A stretch of 64,000 bases of DNA from Oscillospiraceae bacterium. Its GTDB lineage: Bacteria > Bacillota > Clostridia > Oscillospirales > Ruminococcaceae. This document shows, piece after piece, positions 45,197-55,719 of the stretch (within the stretch, counting starts at the first letter, position 1; each line of letters opens with the position of its first letter). Position numbers and translations under genes: made by a program. The stretch covers positions 1,009-65,008 of the forward strand of contig JBKEAM010000046.1 of NCBI GenBank assembly GCA_047972265.1, read 5' to 3'. The notes under the pieces are model-generated. The model was not told the DNA's origin. It ran no database searches and saw only the letters and a list, made by a program, of their open reading frames with translations.

Positions 45197-45747
45197 TAGC
45201 AATTGGCTTATGTGCATTTTTTGTGGTAGTACTGGTCGCCACAGGCATTGTAATAGCAACACGTAGGTTACCGCCCCAACCCGGAGAAGCAATACGTGTA
45301 AAAGAAATTGGTTTTACTGTTTTGCTTGCGCTTTTGTTGTGGTTAGAGGCAGGCATGGTACTGTATTACGCCTTTACAGTGCCAGAAAGGTTGTTTATCA
45401 ATCAAAATTCTATCATCAATGTATCTATATTTTTGGTGCTAAGCATTTTAATTGGTGCAGTTGCAATGCTGTTTTATTTTGTAAAATGTATAACGGCAGA
45501 TGCAGAGGGCGTTATTTATCATAGCTTTTGGGGTGTTTCTTCTCGTATAATCTGGAGCGAAGTAACCGGATTTGGCAAAGCCAACGGTAAGCGCCTTACC
45601 TTAATGGGCAAAAACAACGAGAAGTTAACGGTTGGCGGCGATCGCGAAAAGGTAAAAGAGTTTATTAAATATGCCGAAACCTATTTGCCCAAAGATATAG
45701 ATAAGGAACAATTGGATCTTTTAAAAATATCTTTGAAGATGCGGTAG
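45193..45747 (+). CDS. 3-TM membrane protein with small C-terminal cytoplasmic domain
   Basis: ATGA overlap with the upstream gene. TM helices IAIGLCAFFVVVLVATGIVIA, FTVLLALLLWLEAGMVLYYAF and VSIFLVLSILIGAVAMLFYFV. Confidence 0.55.
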   Translation: MIAIGLCAFFVVVLVATGIVIATRRLPPQPGEAIRVKEIGFTVLLALLLWLEAGMVLYYAFTVPERLFINQNSIINVSIFLVLSILIGAVAMLFYFVKCITADAEGVIYHSFWGVSSRIIWSEVTGFGKANGKRLTLMGKNNEKLTVGGDREKVKEFIKYAETYLPKDIDKEQLDLLKISLKMR

Positions 45748-45755
45748 CATCATTT

Positions 45756-45792
45756 AAGAAAGCATCGGGGGTTCCCGATGCTTTCTTTTTAT
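45756..45792 (+). terminator. Rho-independent terminator ending the three-gene operon
   Basis: AAGAAAGCATCGGG-ggtt-CCCGATGCTTTCTT followed by TTTATTT. Confidence 0.9.
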
Positions 45793-45966
45793 TTACATCT
45801 TACTTGCAAATAAAACCGCAGGTTATTATTTACGGTTTATTGCAAAAATAGCATCAATATTGCATAATAGATTTGCTGCATAAAGCGGACAAATTTGCCG
45901 GCAGAATTATTTCGCCTTTATTTTTAAGGGCTTGGCAAAAAGAGAAAATAGCAGGAGGGTTTTTGT

Positions 45967-47037
45967 GTGAATAGTTTAAAGATGATTGAAGAATTTTCTA
46001 ATGCGCATGGTGTATCGGGCTTTGAGGACGAGGTGGTTGCTCTGGGGCGCAAATATGCGCCTAAAAAAAGCGCCTTAAAAGAGGATAGCTTGCGTAATTT
46101 ATATATATGGAACCCGGAAGATGAAAAAAGCGGAAAGCCGGTGGTGCAGCTGGATGCCCACACCGACGAAGTTGGGTTTATGGTACAAGCGATAAGGCCA
46201 AACGGCTTGCTGCAAATAATACCACTGGGTGGCTGGGTAGAGTATACCATCCCCGCCCACCGTGTAATGGTAAAAAACAGAGAGGGCAAATACCTGCCCG
46301 GCATTATTGCCACAAAACCGCCCCATTATATGACAGAAGGTGAGCGCCGTGCACCGCTGGATATTGGGCAGATGTGTATTGATATGGGCGTATCCAGCGC
46401 ATATGCAATTGATAAAGAGCTGAACATTGGCATTGGTGCGCCGGTGGTGCCCGATACCGTATTTGAGTACAATGAAAATACAGGTATAATGATGGGCAAA
46501 GCCTTTGACTGCCGTGTGGGCTGTGCCTGTATGATGGAAGTAATGAGCCGTTTGCAGGATAAAAAACTGCCGGTGCGCATGGTGGGTGCACTTTCCTCTC
46601 AAGAAGAGGTAGGTACCCGCGGGGCACGGGTAACCGCAAATGCCATACGCCCTGATATTGCCCTTGTTTTTGAGGGGGTGCCTGCGGATGACAGCTTTGC
46701 GCCCGAGTATGCGGCCCAAAGCGTAATGGGCAAAGGCCCCATGTTGCGCCATGCAGATAAAACCATGATTACCAACCCGCGGTTTCAGCGGTTTGCGCTT
46801 TCGGTAGCAGAAAAGCAGGGTATTCCGGTACAAGAGGCGGTAAGAACCGGCGGGGGAACCAACGGTGCGGTTATTCATCTTGCGGCACAGGGGGTACCCT
46901 GCATTGTAATTGGTGTGCCGGTACGTTACCCACATACCCACTATGGATATGCAAGCTATGCCGACTACCAAAACAGCGTAAAACTGGGGATAGCCGTTAT
47001 ACAAGCCTTAAATGCAGAAACAATTGCGGAGTTTTAA
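45967..47037 (+). CDS. M42-family metallo-aminopeptidase (FrvX/glutamyl aminopeptidase-like)
   Basis: AHGVSGFEDEV, LDAHTDEVGF, AFDCRVGC, SQEEVGTRGA, HTHY. Confidence 0.85.
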   Translation: MNSLKMIEEFSNAHGVSGFEDEVVALGRKYAPKKSALKEDSLRNLYIWNPEDEKSGKPVVQLDAHTDEVGFMVQAIRPNGLLQIIPLGGWVEYTIPAHRVMVKNREGKYLPGIIATKPPHYMTEGERRAPLDIGQMCIDMGVSSAYAIDKELNIGIGAPVVPDTVFEYNENTGIMMGKAFDCRVGCACMMEVMSRLQDKKLPVRMVGALSSQEEVGTRGARVTANAIRPDIALVFEGVPADDSFAPEYAAQSVMGKGPMLRHADKTMITNPRFQRFALSVAEKQGIPVQEAVRTGGGTNGAVIHLAAQGVPCIVIGVPVRYPHTHYGYASYADYQNSVKLGIAVIQALNAETIAEF

Positions 47038-47088
47038 GGTTTGTACAAACGCATAAATGCCAGATAAAACAATAAACAGGGGAAAAGT

Positions 47089-47697
47089 ATGTTTATAACA
47101 ATAGATGGGCCGGATGGTGTAGGCAAAACAACAGTTGCAAACTTGCTGGTGCAAAAAATACAAAATGCTGCTTTGCAGGCGGTGTATACGGCAGAACCTA
47201 GTAAGCTAGAAACAGGGGTAGAGATACGCCGTATTTTAAGGGAAGGCACCCCCGAAGAAGCAGAAAAACTGGCAGACCTTTTTGTAGAGGATCGCCGCTT
47301 GCATCTGGCAAAAGAGATTGAACCTTGGCTGCAACAGGGCATTTATGTTGTGTGCGACAGGTATAAGTACTCTACCATTAGTTACCAGCAGTTGCAGGGT
47401 GGTGCAGATGTGGAAAAACTGATAGAAATGAATGCCGATTTTTTAAAGCCGGACATAGCTTTTATTTTAAATGTGGCGGATGCCGATATTTTGTTAAACC
47501 GCATAGATGGCAGGCAGCAGCAAAAAGAAATTTTTGAGACAAAAGCAACCCTAGAGGTTGTGGTAAAGATATACAAAGAAATGAAAACACGGTATTTTCC
47601 GCAGGAAAATATTGTGGAAATTTTGCTTGGCGCAGAAGAAACGCCAGACCAAATAGCAGAGAAAATGTGGCAGGTGGTAAAAAAAGCAAAGCAGTAA
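47089..47697 (+). CDS. tmk: Thymidylate (dTMP) kinase
   Basis: MFITIDGPDGVGKTT P-loop; DRYKYSTISYQ. Confidence 0.85.
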   Translation: MFITIDGPDGVGKTTVANLLVQKIQNAALQAVYTAEPSKLETGVEIRRILREGTPEEAEKLADLFVEDRRLHLAKEIEPWLQQGIYVVCDRYKYSTISYQQLQGGADVEKLIEMNADFLKPDIAFILNVADADILLNRIDGRQQQKEIFETKATLEVVVKIYKEMKTRYFPQENIVEILLGAEETPDQIAEKMWQVVKKAKQ

Positions 47698-47771
47698 TAT
47701 AGTGTGATAAGAAACTATATTGCTGAATGCGATAAAAATTTAAAATGCGATAATACGAATAATTTAATTTT

Positions 47772-47812
47772 AAAGGTCCTATCCCAGATACTAGGATAGA
47801 ACCTTTTGTTTT
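47772..47812 (+). terminator. Terminator after tmk
   Basis: AAAGGTCCTATCC...GGATAGAACCTTT, a stem with one mismatch, followed by TGTTTT. Confidence 0.65.
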
Positions 47813-47821
47813 ATTTATTTA

Positions 47822-47865
47822 AGAAAATAAGATTGCGGCAAAGTGAATATAAAACTTTGCCGCAA
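47822..47865 (-). terminator. Terminator after argH
   Basis: TTGCGGCAAAGT / ACTTTGCCGCAA, a perfect 12-bp stem. On the minus strand it is followed by TCTTATTTTCTT. Confidence 0.8.
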
Positions 47866-47913
47866 AGCCTATAATATGAAAATACGGAAAATGCAGAGGA
47901 TAGAAGAAGCAGG

Positions 47914-49287
47914 CTACAGGCCAAGCTCGGTGCGGTAACGCGCAATTTGTATACGTACCGCATCTGGAGAGGGGCCGCCCTCGCTGTCGCGCTGCTCTAC
48001 ACAAACCGAAAGATCGATGGTTTCGTAAATATCATCATCAAACAACGCGCTTGCTTCGCGATAGTTTTCCATTGGCAGTTGCTCCAGGGTGGTTTGCATA
48101 TGGATGCAGAGTGCAACCAGCTTGCCAGTAACACGGTAGGCGTCTCTAAAAGCCATACCCTTGCGCACAAGGTAATCGGCACAATCGGTAGCGTTTATAA
48201 AACCACGAGCGGCGGCATTGCGCATAGCCGCAATGTTTACGCGCATGGTGCGCAGCATGGGGGCAACCGCCCGCAGGCAGGCAAGGGTGGTTTCTATACT
48301 GTCAAAAATAGCCTGTTTATCCTCCTGCAAATCTTTGTTGTAAGCAAGGGGCAGGCCTTTCATCATGGTAAGCAGGGTGGTAAGGCTGCCAAACACGCGG
48401 CCGGATTTGCCGCGTACCAGCTCGGTTATATCGGGGTTCTTTTTTTGGGGCATAATAGAAGAACCCGTGGCAAAGGCATCGTCCAGCTCTACAAAATGAT
48501 ATTCGCTGGAGCACCACAAAATAACCTCCTCCGATAAGCGAGAAAGATGTACCATTACCAGCGCAAGTACGCTGCCAAGTTCGATGCAAAAATCTCTGTC
48601 GGATACGGCATCCATACTGTTTTGGCAGGGGGCAGAAAAACCCAGCGAAGCCGCGGTTTGTTCGCGGTCTATCGGGTAGGTGGTGCCCGCAAGGGCGCAG
48701 GCACCAAGCGGAGAAAAATCCATGCGCTCCCGCCAGTCAGACAACCGGGAAAGGTCTCGCCCTATCATTTGGGCATAGGCCATTAAATGGTGGGCAAAGG
48801 TAACGGGCTGGGCAACCTGTAAGTGGGTATAGCCCGGCATCACCGTGTTTGTATGGTGCTCGGCCAAATCCACAAAAACTCTTGCAAGTTCCCGTAGGGC
48901 AGCCTCTAAATCATCGGCTTTGTTTTTTAAGTAAAGGCGCAGGTCTGTAGCAACCTGGTCGTTTCGGCTGCGGGCGGTGTGCAGGCGCTTACCGGCTTCG
49001 CCAATCCGCTCGGTAAGTTCTTGCTCTATAAACATATGTATGTCTTCGGCTTCGGGGTCTATGGTAAGGTCTCCACTTTCTAAATCGTCTAAAATACCGC
49101 GCAAGCCAGCTACAATATCATCGGCGTCGGTTTGCGAAAGAATCTCCTGCCCGGCAAGCATGCGGGCATGCGCAATAGACCCGGCAATATCCTCCCGAAA
49201 CATCACCCAATCGAAAGAGATGGAAGAGTTGAAATCGTTGATGGCGCCATCCAGTTCCTTTTCAAAGCGTCCAGACCACATTTTCAT
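47914..49287 (-). CDS. argH: Argininosuccinate lyase
   Basis: MKMWSGRFEK N-terminus; GSSIMPQKKNPD signature. ATG at 49287 after AGGAGG. Confidence 0.9.
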   Translation of the reverse strand: MKMWSGRFEKELDGAINDFNSSISFDWVMFREDIAGSIAHARMLAGQEILSQTDADDIVAGLRGILDDLESGDLTIDPEAEDIHMFIEQELTERIGEAGKRLHTARSRNDQVATDLRLYLKNKADDLEAALRELARVFVDLAEHHTNTVMPGYTHLQVAQPVTFAHHLMAYAQMIGRDLSRLSDWRERMDFSPLGACALAGTTYPIDREQTAASLGFSAPCQNSMDAVSDRDFCIELGSVLALVMVHLSRLSEEVILWCSSEYHFVELDDAFATGSSIMPQKKNPDITELVRGKSGRVFGSLTTLLTMMKGLPLAYNKDLQEDKQAIFDSIETTLACLRAVAPMLRTMRVNIAAMRNAAARGFINATDCADYLVRKGMAFRDAYRVTGKLVALCIHMQTTLEQLPMENYREASALFDDDIYETIDLSVCVEQRDSEGGPSPDAVRIQIARYRTELGL

Positions 49288-49388
49288 ACAAAAACCTCCT
49301 GCCAAATTGCCAGCCTATTTTACAATACGTGTTTAAAAGCCAAATATATTTACAAATAAGTGTTAAATAGTTTAAAATGTGCCAATTT

Positions 49389-50342
49389 TTACAAAGCCGC
49401 GGCGCCAATCAGCCCGGCATCATTTCCAAGCTCGGCCACAGTAATTGGGGGTACAAAGCCTTTTTCGCCCCCAAAGCATCGGGGACGCACATACTCGTTA
49501 AGGGGTACTACCAGCGGATCACCCTCGTTAGAAATACCTCCGCCCAATAAAACCTTTTCTGGGCGCCAAATATTTACAAAATTGATGATCCCTTCACCAA
49601 GGGCGCGGATATAAAAATCCACAACCTGCTTTGCAGTTTCGTCACCGGCCTGCGCGGCTTTAAAAGGGATAGCGCCGTTCATATTGGTAAGGTCTCCACG
49701 GCAAAGCGAGTGCATAAGGGAAGAAGGATCTTTTTGTGCGGCACGTACTGCCCAGCGCGCAAGAGAGGATGCGGAGCAATAGGCCTCTATGCAGCCTTTA
49801 TGCCCACAGGTGCAGGGTTCTCCGTCCATTACCAGCAGGGTATGGCCCAGTTCCATGCCGCCTGCCGAGCCGCCCTCTTGCAAACGAGAATCGACCACAA
49901 TGCCACCGCCAACACCGGTGCCAAGGGTAAGCAGCACCACATTGTCGCAGCCACGACCCGCACCGGCACGTGTTTCGCCCAGAGCGGCACAGTTGGCGTC
50001 GTTAGAAAGACGCATGGGTACATTAAAATAGTGGCCCAGTTCCTCTACAAGGGGCACATCATTCCATTCTAAATTGCCTGCAAAAATAACAACGCCATTT
50101 ATATGGTCTATCATGCCGGGGCTGCCAATGCCTATTTTTTGGCACTGGTCTATGGAGACATTCAATTCATCCAAAAGCGCCTGCACAGTTGCCGCAATAT
50201 CGGCAACTACCTCTGTATAGGGTCTGTCTGCCTTTGTTTTTGCGCTTTTTTTGCCAAGAATGGCATCGTTTTCGTCCACAAGGCCAACCTTTATATTGGT
50301 GCCGCCAAGGTCTACCCCTATACGATATGGTTTATTTGCCAT
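49389..50342 (-). CDS. glcK: ROK-family glucokinase
   Basis: YRIGVDLGGTNIKVGLVD; Zn motif CTCGHKGCIEAYCS. Confidence 0.85.
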   Translation of the reverse strand: MANKPYRIGVDLGGTNIKVGLVDENDAILGKKSAKTKADRPYTEVVADIAATVQALLDELNVSIDQCQKIGIGSPGMIDHINGVVIFAGNLEWNDVPLVEELGHYFNVPMRLSNDANCAALGETRAGAGRGCDNVVLLTLGTGVGGGIVVDSRLQEGGSAGGMELGHTLLVMDGEPCTCGHKGCIEAYCSASSLARWAVRAAQKDPSSLMHSLCRGDLTNMNGAIPFKAAQAGDETAKQVVDFYIRALGEGIINFVNIWRPEKVLLGGGISNEGDPLVVPLNEYVRPRCFGGEKGFVPPITVAELGNDAGLIGAAAL

Positions 50343-50403
50343 GATTAAAAATCCCCCTGCCTAAATATACAAACTTCTCTGAAAAATATAGCATATCCAA
50401 TAT

Positions 50404-50467
50404 AGAAAGAAAACCCGCCCGCCGGATTTTCCCCGGCTGCAAAAGGGGAAGGCTCGGTGAGCGGGTA
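50404..50467 (-). terminator. Long imperfect GC-rich stem-loop with T tract between secA and glcK
   Basis: Minus strand reads ACCCGCTCACCGAGCCTTCCCC...GGGGAAAATCCGGCGGGCGGGTTTTCTTTC. Confidence 0.4.
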
Positions 50468-50568
50468 CACTTTTTAGGATATGGAAAAAACAAAAGAAAT
50501 AAAGTTTAAGTTGAAACTAAAAGAAAAGCTGCAATAAAGCATATGCAAGCGCTTTATTTTGCAAAAGC

Positions 50569-53316
50569 TTATTCTTCACGTCCGTGGCAAAGCTTATACT
50601 TTTTGCCGCTGCCACAGGGGCAGGGGTCGTTGCGTCCAACTTTTTTATTTTTACGCACGGGCTGCTTTTTAAGGGTGCCATCGCCTGCGCCGCTTTCACT
50701 GGTGGGTTTTGCCACCTGCTGGCGTTTGGGGGCGCCTTCCTGCTGCTTAATTTCTATGGTCATCAACATTTTGGTGGTATCTTCTTTAATGGATTCTACC
50801 ATGTCATCAAACATGTCAAAGCCTTCAATACGGTACTCTACAACAGGGTCTCGCTGTGCGTAGCCACGCAGGTAAATGCCCTTGCGCAGTTCTTCCATTG
50901 CGTCTATGTGGTCCATCCATTTGGTATCTACATTGCGCAGCAATACCCAGCGCTCAATATCGCGCATAACGGTCTCGCCATATTTTTTCTCTTTGGCATC
51001 CAAAATTTCTTTGGCATTGTCATGCAAAATAGAAGAAACATCGTCACGCTTTTTATCAGACAATTCTTCTTTTTTGTATTTAAAATCTTCGGGCTTGGTA
51101 AGCCAGCCAAGGTAATGGTCACGCAGGGCAGACAGGTTCCATTCATCCGAATCTTCGCCGCCGCAATACAAGGCTACGTTGGCATCGATAGAATCACGCA
51201 CCATATTGCGTACGCTTTCAGAAACATCCTCGCCCGAAAGCACCTGCTGGCGCTGGCCGTAAATAATTTCGCGCTGGCTGTTCATAACATCGTCAAAGCG
51301 CAAAACATTTTTACGCATTTCAAAGTTGCGGGCTTCTATTTTGCGCTGGGCGCTTTCAATAGAGCCGGTAATCATGCGGTTTTCTATAGGAGTATCTTCG
51401 TCTACACCAAGGGTGTCCATCATGTGCTGTACGCGCTCGCCGCCAAACAAACGCATCAAATCATCTTCTAAAGACAGATAGAAGCGGCTAGCGCCGGGGT
51501 CTCCCTGGCGTCCGCTGCGTCCACGCAGCTGATTATCGATACGACGGCTTTCGTGCCGCTCAGTACCCATAATAAACAGGCCGCCTGCTTCACGTACTTC
51601 TTCGGCTTCTGCTTCAATGTCTTTTTTGTGTTTAGAGTACAGTTCCTCGTAAGTAGAACGCGCAGTCAAAATTTCTTCGTCCTCAGTTTCGGCATGGCCG
51701 GTGGCCTCTACCAGCATTTCTTCCGAAAAGCCTTTTTTGCGCATCTCTTCTTTGGCCATAAATTCGGCGTTACCGCCCAGCACAATATCGGTACCACGAC
51801 CGGCCATGTTGGTGGCAATGGTTACCGAGCCTTTACGGCCGGCCTGCGCAACAATCTGTGCCTCTTTTTCGTGGAACTTAGCATTCAAAACTTCGTGGCG
51901 AATGCCCTTTTTCTTTAAAAGCTTAGACAAAGCCTCGCTCTTGTCGATAGAAACAGTACCAACCAAAACAGGCTGGCCCTTTTCGTGGCAAATGGCTACC
52001 TGCTCTACCACGGCGTTGTATTTGCCCTTAATGGTTTTATACACAGCATCGTGGTGATCTTTACGAACCATGGGGCGGTTGGTGGGTATTTCAATAACCT
52101 GCAGCCCATAAATTTCGTTAAATTCGTCCTCTTCGGTTTTGGCGGTACCCGTCATGCCCGAAAGTTTTTTGTACATACGGAAGAAATTTTGGAAGGTGAT
52201 GGTGGCAAGCGTTTTGCTTTCGCGCTCTACTTCTACGCCCTCTTTTGCTTCAATGGCCTGGTGCAAGCCCTCGTTGTAACGGCGGCCCAACATTAAACGG
52301 CCGGTAAATTCGTCAACAATAATTACTTCGCCATCGCGTACCACGTAATCTACGTCCAACTTCATAATACCGCGGGCTTTAATGGCTTGGTTGATGTGGT
52401 GAGAAAGCTCCATATTCTCGGCATCCGAAAGGTTGTCCACATGAAAAAACTGCTCGGCTTTTTGAATGCCGCGCTTGGTAAGGGTGGCGGTGCGCTGCTT
52501 TTCGTCTACAATGTAGTCGCCGTCAATGCTTTCTTCTTCGTCGTAGTCTACCTTGTCATCGGCATCTATAATTTTAGAAACTTTAAGGGTTTTGGCAAAG
52601 TTATCGGCCAGCTTATACATATCGGTGCTTTTACTGCCCTGGCCCGAAATGATAAGAGGAGTACGAGCCTCGTCCACCAAGATGGAGTCAACCTCGTCAA
52701 CAATGGCAAACGAGTGCCCGCGCTGTACAAGCTGCTCTTTATAAACAGCCATATTATCACGCAGGTAATCAAACCCAAACTCGTTGTTGGTACCGTAGGT
52801 AATATCTGCCGCGTAGGCTTCTTTGCGGTCTTTAGGGTCTATATCGTGGATGATAAGGCCAACGCTAAGCCCTAAAAAGCGATATAGTTTGCCCATCCAT
52901 TCCGAGTCACGCTTGGCCAGATAGTCGTTAACTGTAACAACGTGCACGCCATCGCCGGATAAGGCATTGAGGTATACAGGCAGGGTGGCCACAAGGGTTT
53001 TGCCTTCACCTGTTTTCATCTCGGCAATCATACCGCGGTGCAAAACAATACCGCCTATAATTTGCACGGGAAAGTGCGTCATACCCAGTACACGGGTAGA
53101 GGCCTCGCGGCATACGGCAAAAGCCTCGGGCAGGATATCATCCAATGTTTCGCCGCCGGCAAGACGCTCTTTTAACGCAGGGGTCATTTCCTGCAGTTCT
53201 TCATCGCTCATATCCTTAAAACGGTCTGCCAAAGCCAAAACTTTGTCTACCGTAGGCTGAAGGCGGCGGATCTCCTTTTCAGAAGGAGTGCCAAAAATTG
53301 CTTTTAAAATTCCCAA
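50569..53316 (-). CDS. secA: Preprotein translocase ATPase SecA
   Basis: 915 aa; [14 protein letters not shown] Walker A; C-terminal zinc-binding [14 protein letters not shown]. Confidence 0.95.
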   Translation of the reverse strand: MGILKAIFGTPSEKEIRRLQPTVDKVLALADRFKDMSDEELQEMTPALKERLAGGETLDDILPEAFAVCREASTRVLGMTHFPVQIIGGIVLHRGMIAEMKTGEGKTLVATLPVYLNALSGDGVHVVTVNDYLAKRDSEWMGKLYRFLGLSVGLIIHDIDPKDRKEAYAADITYGTNNEFGFDYLRDNMAVYKEQLVQRGHSFAIVDEVDSILVDEARTPLIISGQGSKSTDMYKLADNFAKTLKVSKIIDADDKVDYDEEESIDGDYIVDEKQRTATLTKRGIQKAEQFFHVDNLSDAENMELSHHINQAIKARGIMKLDVDYVVRDGEVIIVDEFTGRLMLGRRYNEGLHQAIEAKEGVEVERESKTLATITFQNFFRMYKKLSGMTGTAKTEEDEFNEIYGLQVIEIPTNRPMVRKDHHDAVYKTIKGKYNAVVEQVAICHEKGQPVLVGTVSIDKSEALSKLLKKKGIRHEVLNAKFHEKEAQIVAQAGRKGSVTIATNMAGRGTDIVLGGNAEFMAKEEMRKKGFSEEMLVEATGHAETEDEEILTARSTYEELYSKHKKDIEAEAEEVREAGGLFIMGTERHESRRIDNQLRGRSGRQGDPGASRFYLSLEDDLMRLFGGERVQHMMDTLGVDEDTPIENRMITGSIESAQRKIEARNFEMRKNVLRFDDVMNSQREIIYGQRQQVLSGEDVSESVRNMVRDSIDANVALYCGGEDSDEWNLSALRDHYLGWLTKPEDFKYKKEELSDKKRDDVSSILHDNAKEILDAKEKKYGETVMRDIERWVLLRNVDTKWMDHIDAMEELRKGIYLRGYAQRDPVVEYRIEGFDMFDDMVESIKEDTTKMLMTIEIKQQEGAPKRQQVAKPTSESGAGDGTLKKQPVRKNKKVGRNDPCPCGSGKKYKLCHGREE

Positions 53317-53410
53317 ATCCGTTCTCTCCCGTAATATGCAAAGCGCCGACCGCTTGGCCCAATGCCTGCGCGGCCGGCCGCCTTGAAAATAAAGTGCTAT
53401 AAGGCGGTGG

Positions 53411-55096
53411 CTACTCCACCGAAATCATATAATAATAAACAGGTTGTCCGCCGTTTAACAAGGATACTTCAATATCTGCCGGCAGTTTGGCTTTTACAGC
53501 TTCCAGCGTTTGGGCGGCTTCTTCCTCGCTTACGTCACACCCCGAGATAATGGTAACAAAACTGGTGCCGCGTTTGCACATGCTGCGGGTAAGGCGGTAG
53601 GTAACCTTTGTAATGTCACTGCCCACTTGGCTCAGTTTTCCGTTTTCGAGGCCCAGTATTTCGCCGCGCTGTATTTTGCGCCCATCAAAGTTAGAATTGC
53701 GGGCGGCAAAAGTAACAAGGCCGGTATCTACCTTTTCGGCAACTTTGCCCATTTCAATGGCGTTGGCATCGGCTGTGCCGTCTGGGTCAAAGGCCAGCAT
53801 GGCGCTCATGCCCTGCGGGATGGTGCGGGTGGGGATAACAACCACCTTGCGGTCTGCCAGTTTAGAGCTTTGTTCGGCGGCCATAATAATGTTTTTGTTG
53901 TTGGGCAAAACAAAAACGGTTTGTGCCGGTACGCTTTGGATGGCAGCAAGAATATCCTCGGTGGCGGGGTTCATGGTTTGGCCGCCAGAAACAACGGCAT
54001 CCACGCCCAAATCGGCAAAAACAGTGCGCAATCCTTCGCCAGCGGCCACAGCTACAAAACCATAGGCACGGTCTGTATCTACTGCTGCATAGGGAAACTG
54101 TGCGGTTGCCTCTTTTTCGTCCAGGGCCTGCTTTTCTAGGCCGGCGCCCTGGCTTTGACGGGCAACATACTGCTCGTGCATGTTTTCAATCTTCATCTTG
54201 GTTAAAAAGCCATGTGTAAGCGCCTGAGAAATTATCTTGCCGGGGTCTGCGGTGTGCACGTGGCATTTAATAATTTCGTCATCGTCTACAACCACAACCG
54301 AATCACCGTTGGACTCTAAAAAGGCACGCAACTTTACAGGGTTGGCGTTATCCTCTTTATTAATCAAAAATTCGGTGCAGTAGGCATTGGTAATATCGGG
54401 GTTTAGCTCTTGTGCAAATACGCCCTTGCCAACATTGGCGGTAGAAAGACGGTCTTTCTTTTTAGGTGCAACGTGGCCGTTTTTAATAATTTTACCGGTT
54501 TGGAAAACCGAATCCATGCCCTCAAAAATAAAACACAGACCCTCGCCACCAGCATCTACTACGCCCGCCTTTTGCAAAATGGGTAGTTGCTCCGGTGTAT
54601 GAGACAAAGCCTCGCGGGCCTCTTTTAATATCAGGGTCCACAGCTTTTTTTCATCGGTTTCGGGGCTTTCGGCGGCTTTTTCGCTGGCAACACGCGCTAC
54701 AGTAAGCATGGTGCCCTCGGTGGGTTTCATTACCGCTTTGTAGGCGCTCTCTACGCCTTTAGATAAAGCCTCGCGCAAATCGTTGGCTTCGGCGGTTTTT
54801 TTGCCGGCCAACGCCTTAGAAAAACCACGAAACAACAGCGAAGTAATAACGCCCGAGTTACCACGCGCGCCGCGCAGCATAGCGGAGGCAGCCATGTGAG
54901 AAGCCTCTGCAACTGTACAGTTATCGGGCAGGTTTGCCAGCTCGTCACGGGCAGCCTGGGTGGTCATGCTCATATTGGTTCCGGTATCACCGTCCGGAAC
55001 AGGGAATACGTTTAGCTCATCTACTTCAGCGCGATGCTTTGAAATATTGTTTGCGCCCGAAATAATGGCATCACGAAGAGTTTTACCGTCTATCAT
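53411..55096 (-). CDS. DAK2-domain fusion protein (YloV family)
   Basis: N-terminal Dak2 ([13 protein letters not shown]) plus a C-terminal DegV-like domain; 561 aa; follows the Asp23 gene as is typical. Confidence 0.85.
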   Translation of the reverse strand: MIDGKTLRDAIISGANNISKHRAEVDELNVFPVPDGDTGTNMSMTTQAARDELANLPDNCTVAEASHMAASAMLRGARGNSGVITSLLFRGFSKALAGKKTAEANDLREALSKGVESAYKAVMKPTEGTMLTVARVASEKAAESPETDEKKLWTLILKEAREALSHTPEQLPILQKAGVVDAGGEGLCFIFEGMDSVFQTGKIIKNGHVAPKKKDRLSTANVGKGVFAQELNPDITNAYCTEFLINKEDNANPVKLRAFLESNGDSVVVVDDDEIIKCHVHTADPGKIISQALTHGFLTKMKIENMHEQYVARQSQGAGLEKQALDEKEATAQFPYAAVDTDRAYGFVAVAAGEGLRTVFADLGVDAVVSGGQTMNPATEDILAAIQSVPAQTVFVLPNNKNIIMAAEQSSKLADRKVVVIPTRTIPQGMSAMLAFDPDGTADANAIEMGKVAEKVDTGLVTFAARNSNFDGRKIQRGEILGLENGKLSQVGSDITKVTYRLTRSMCKRGTSFVTIISGCDVSEEEAAQTLEAVKAKLPADIEVSLLNGGQPVYYYMISVE

Positions 55097-55192
55097 TTTC
55101 CTTCACCTCATAAACCTAAACTGAAAGTGGCCTGTGGGCTACCTTGTTGCATGGCAAAGCTGCCCGCCAGCCGCCCCTTTAAAGCTTGCCGG

Positions 55193-55540
55193 TCAGGCAA
55201 CTACGTCGTCTACCGATACATTGATACGTTTGACAGAAAGGCCGGTGGCCTGTTCTAGCACATACTGCACATTGTGGGTAATGCTTTTTACGGCCGCCGC
55301 AATATTAAGGCCGTAGGTAACTTTAATGTGCAAGTCTATCACCAAACGTCCGCCTTCTTCGGTTACACGCACGCCTTTTTCTGGAAAATTGGGCATAATA
55401 AGAGTTTTTAAACTATCCGATGCCCCGTTTGCCGTCATACCGGCTACGCCAAAACCGCTTTGGGTAGCACGAGAAACAAGCTCGGCAAAATAGCCGGCTG
55501 TCATACTTACTTTACCCAATGTGTTTTCAAAAGAAATCAA
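55193..55540 (-). CDS. Asp23/Gls24-family envelope stress protein
   Basis: TTG start at 55540 after AAGGAGG. ISFENTLGKVSMTAGYFAELV...GVAGM pattern. Confidence 0.75.
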   Translation of the reverse strand: MISFENTLGKVSMTAGYFAELVSRATQSGFGVAGMTANGASDSLKTLIMPNFPEKGVRVTEEGGRLVIDLHIKVTYGLNIAAAVKSITHNVQYVLEQATGLSVKRINVSVDDVVA

Positions 55541-55719
55541 TTCTGCTGCCTCCTTTACACTGCGTACAGCTTCGCAGAAGAATCCACGCATAAAGTTTAT
55601 TCATTATACACCGTTGCGGGTACAATGTACAGGTTTTCGGTAATTTTGGTGCCTGTTTAACACCATATTTTCACAAATTAGCACAAAAAACAAAGGGAAG
55701 CTTTTAAAAAGATGTGTTT

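Noticed and set aside
53370-53381. GC-rich perfect palindrome GCGGCCGGCCGC between the DAK2 gene and secA.
   Set aside because: It has no loop and no T tract, and it is short enough to arise by chance in a GC-rich spacer. I see no supporting context.
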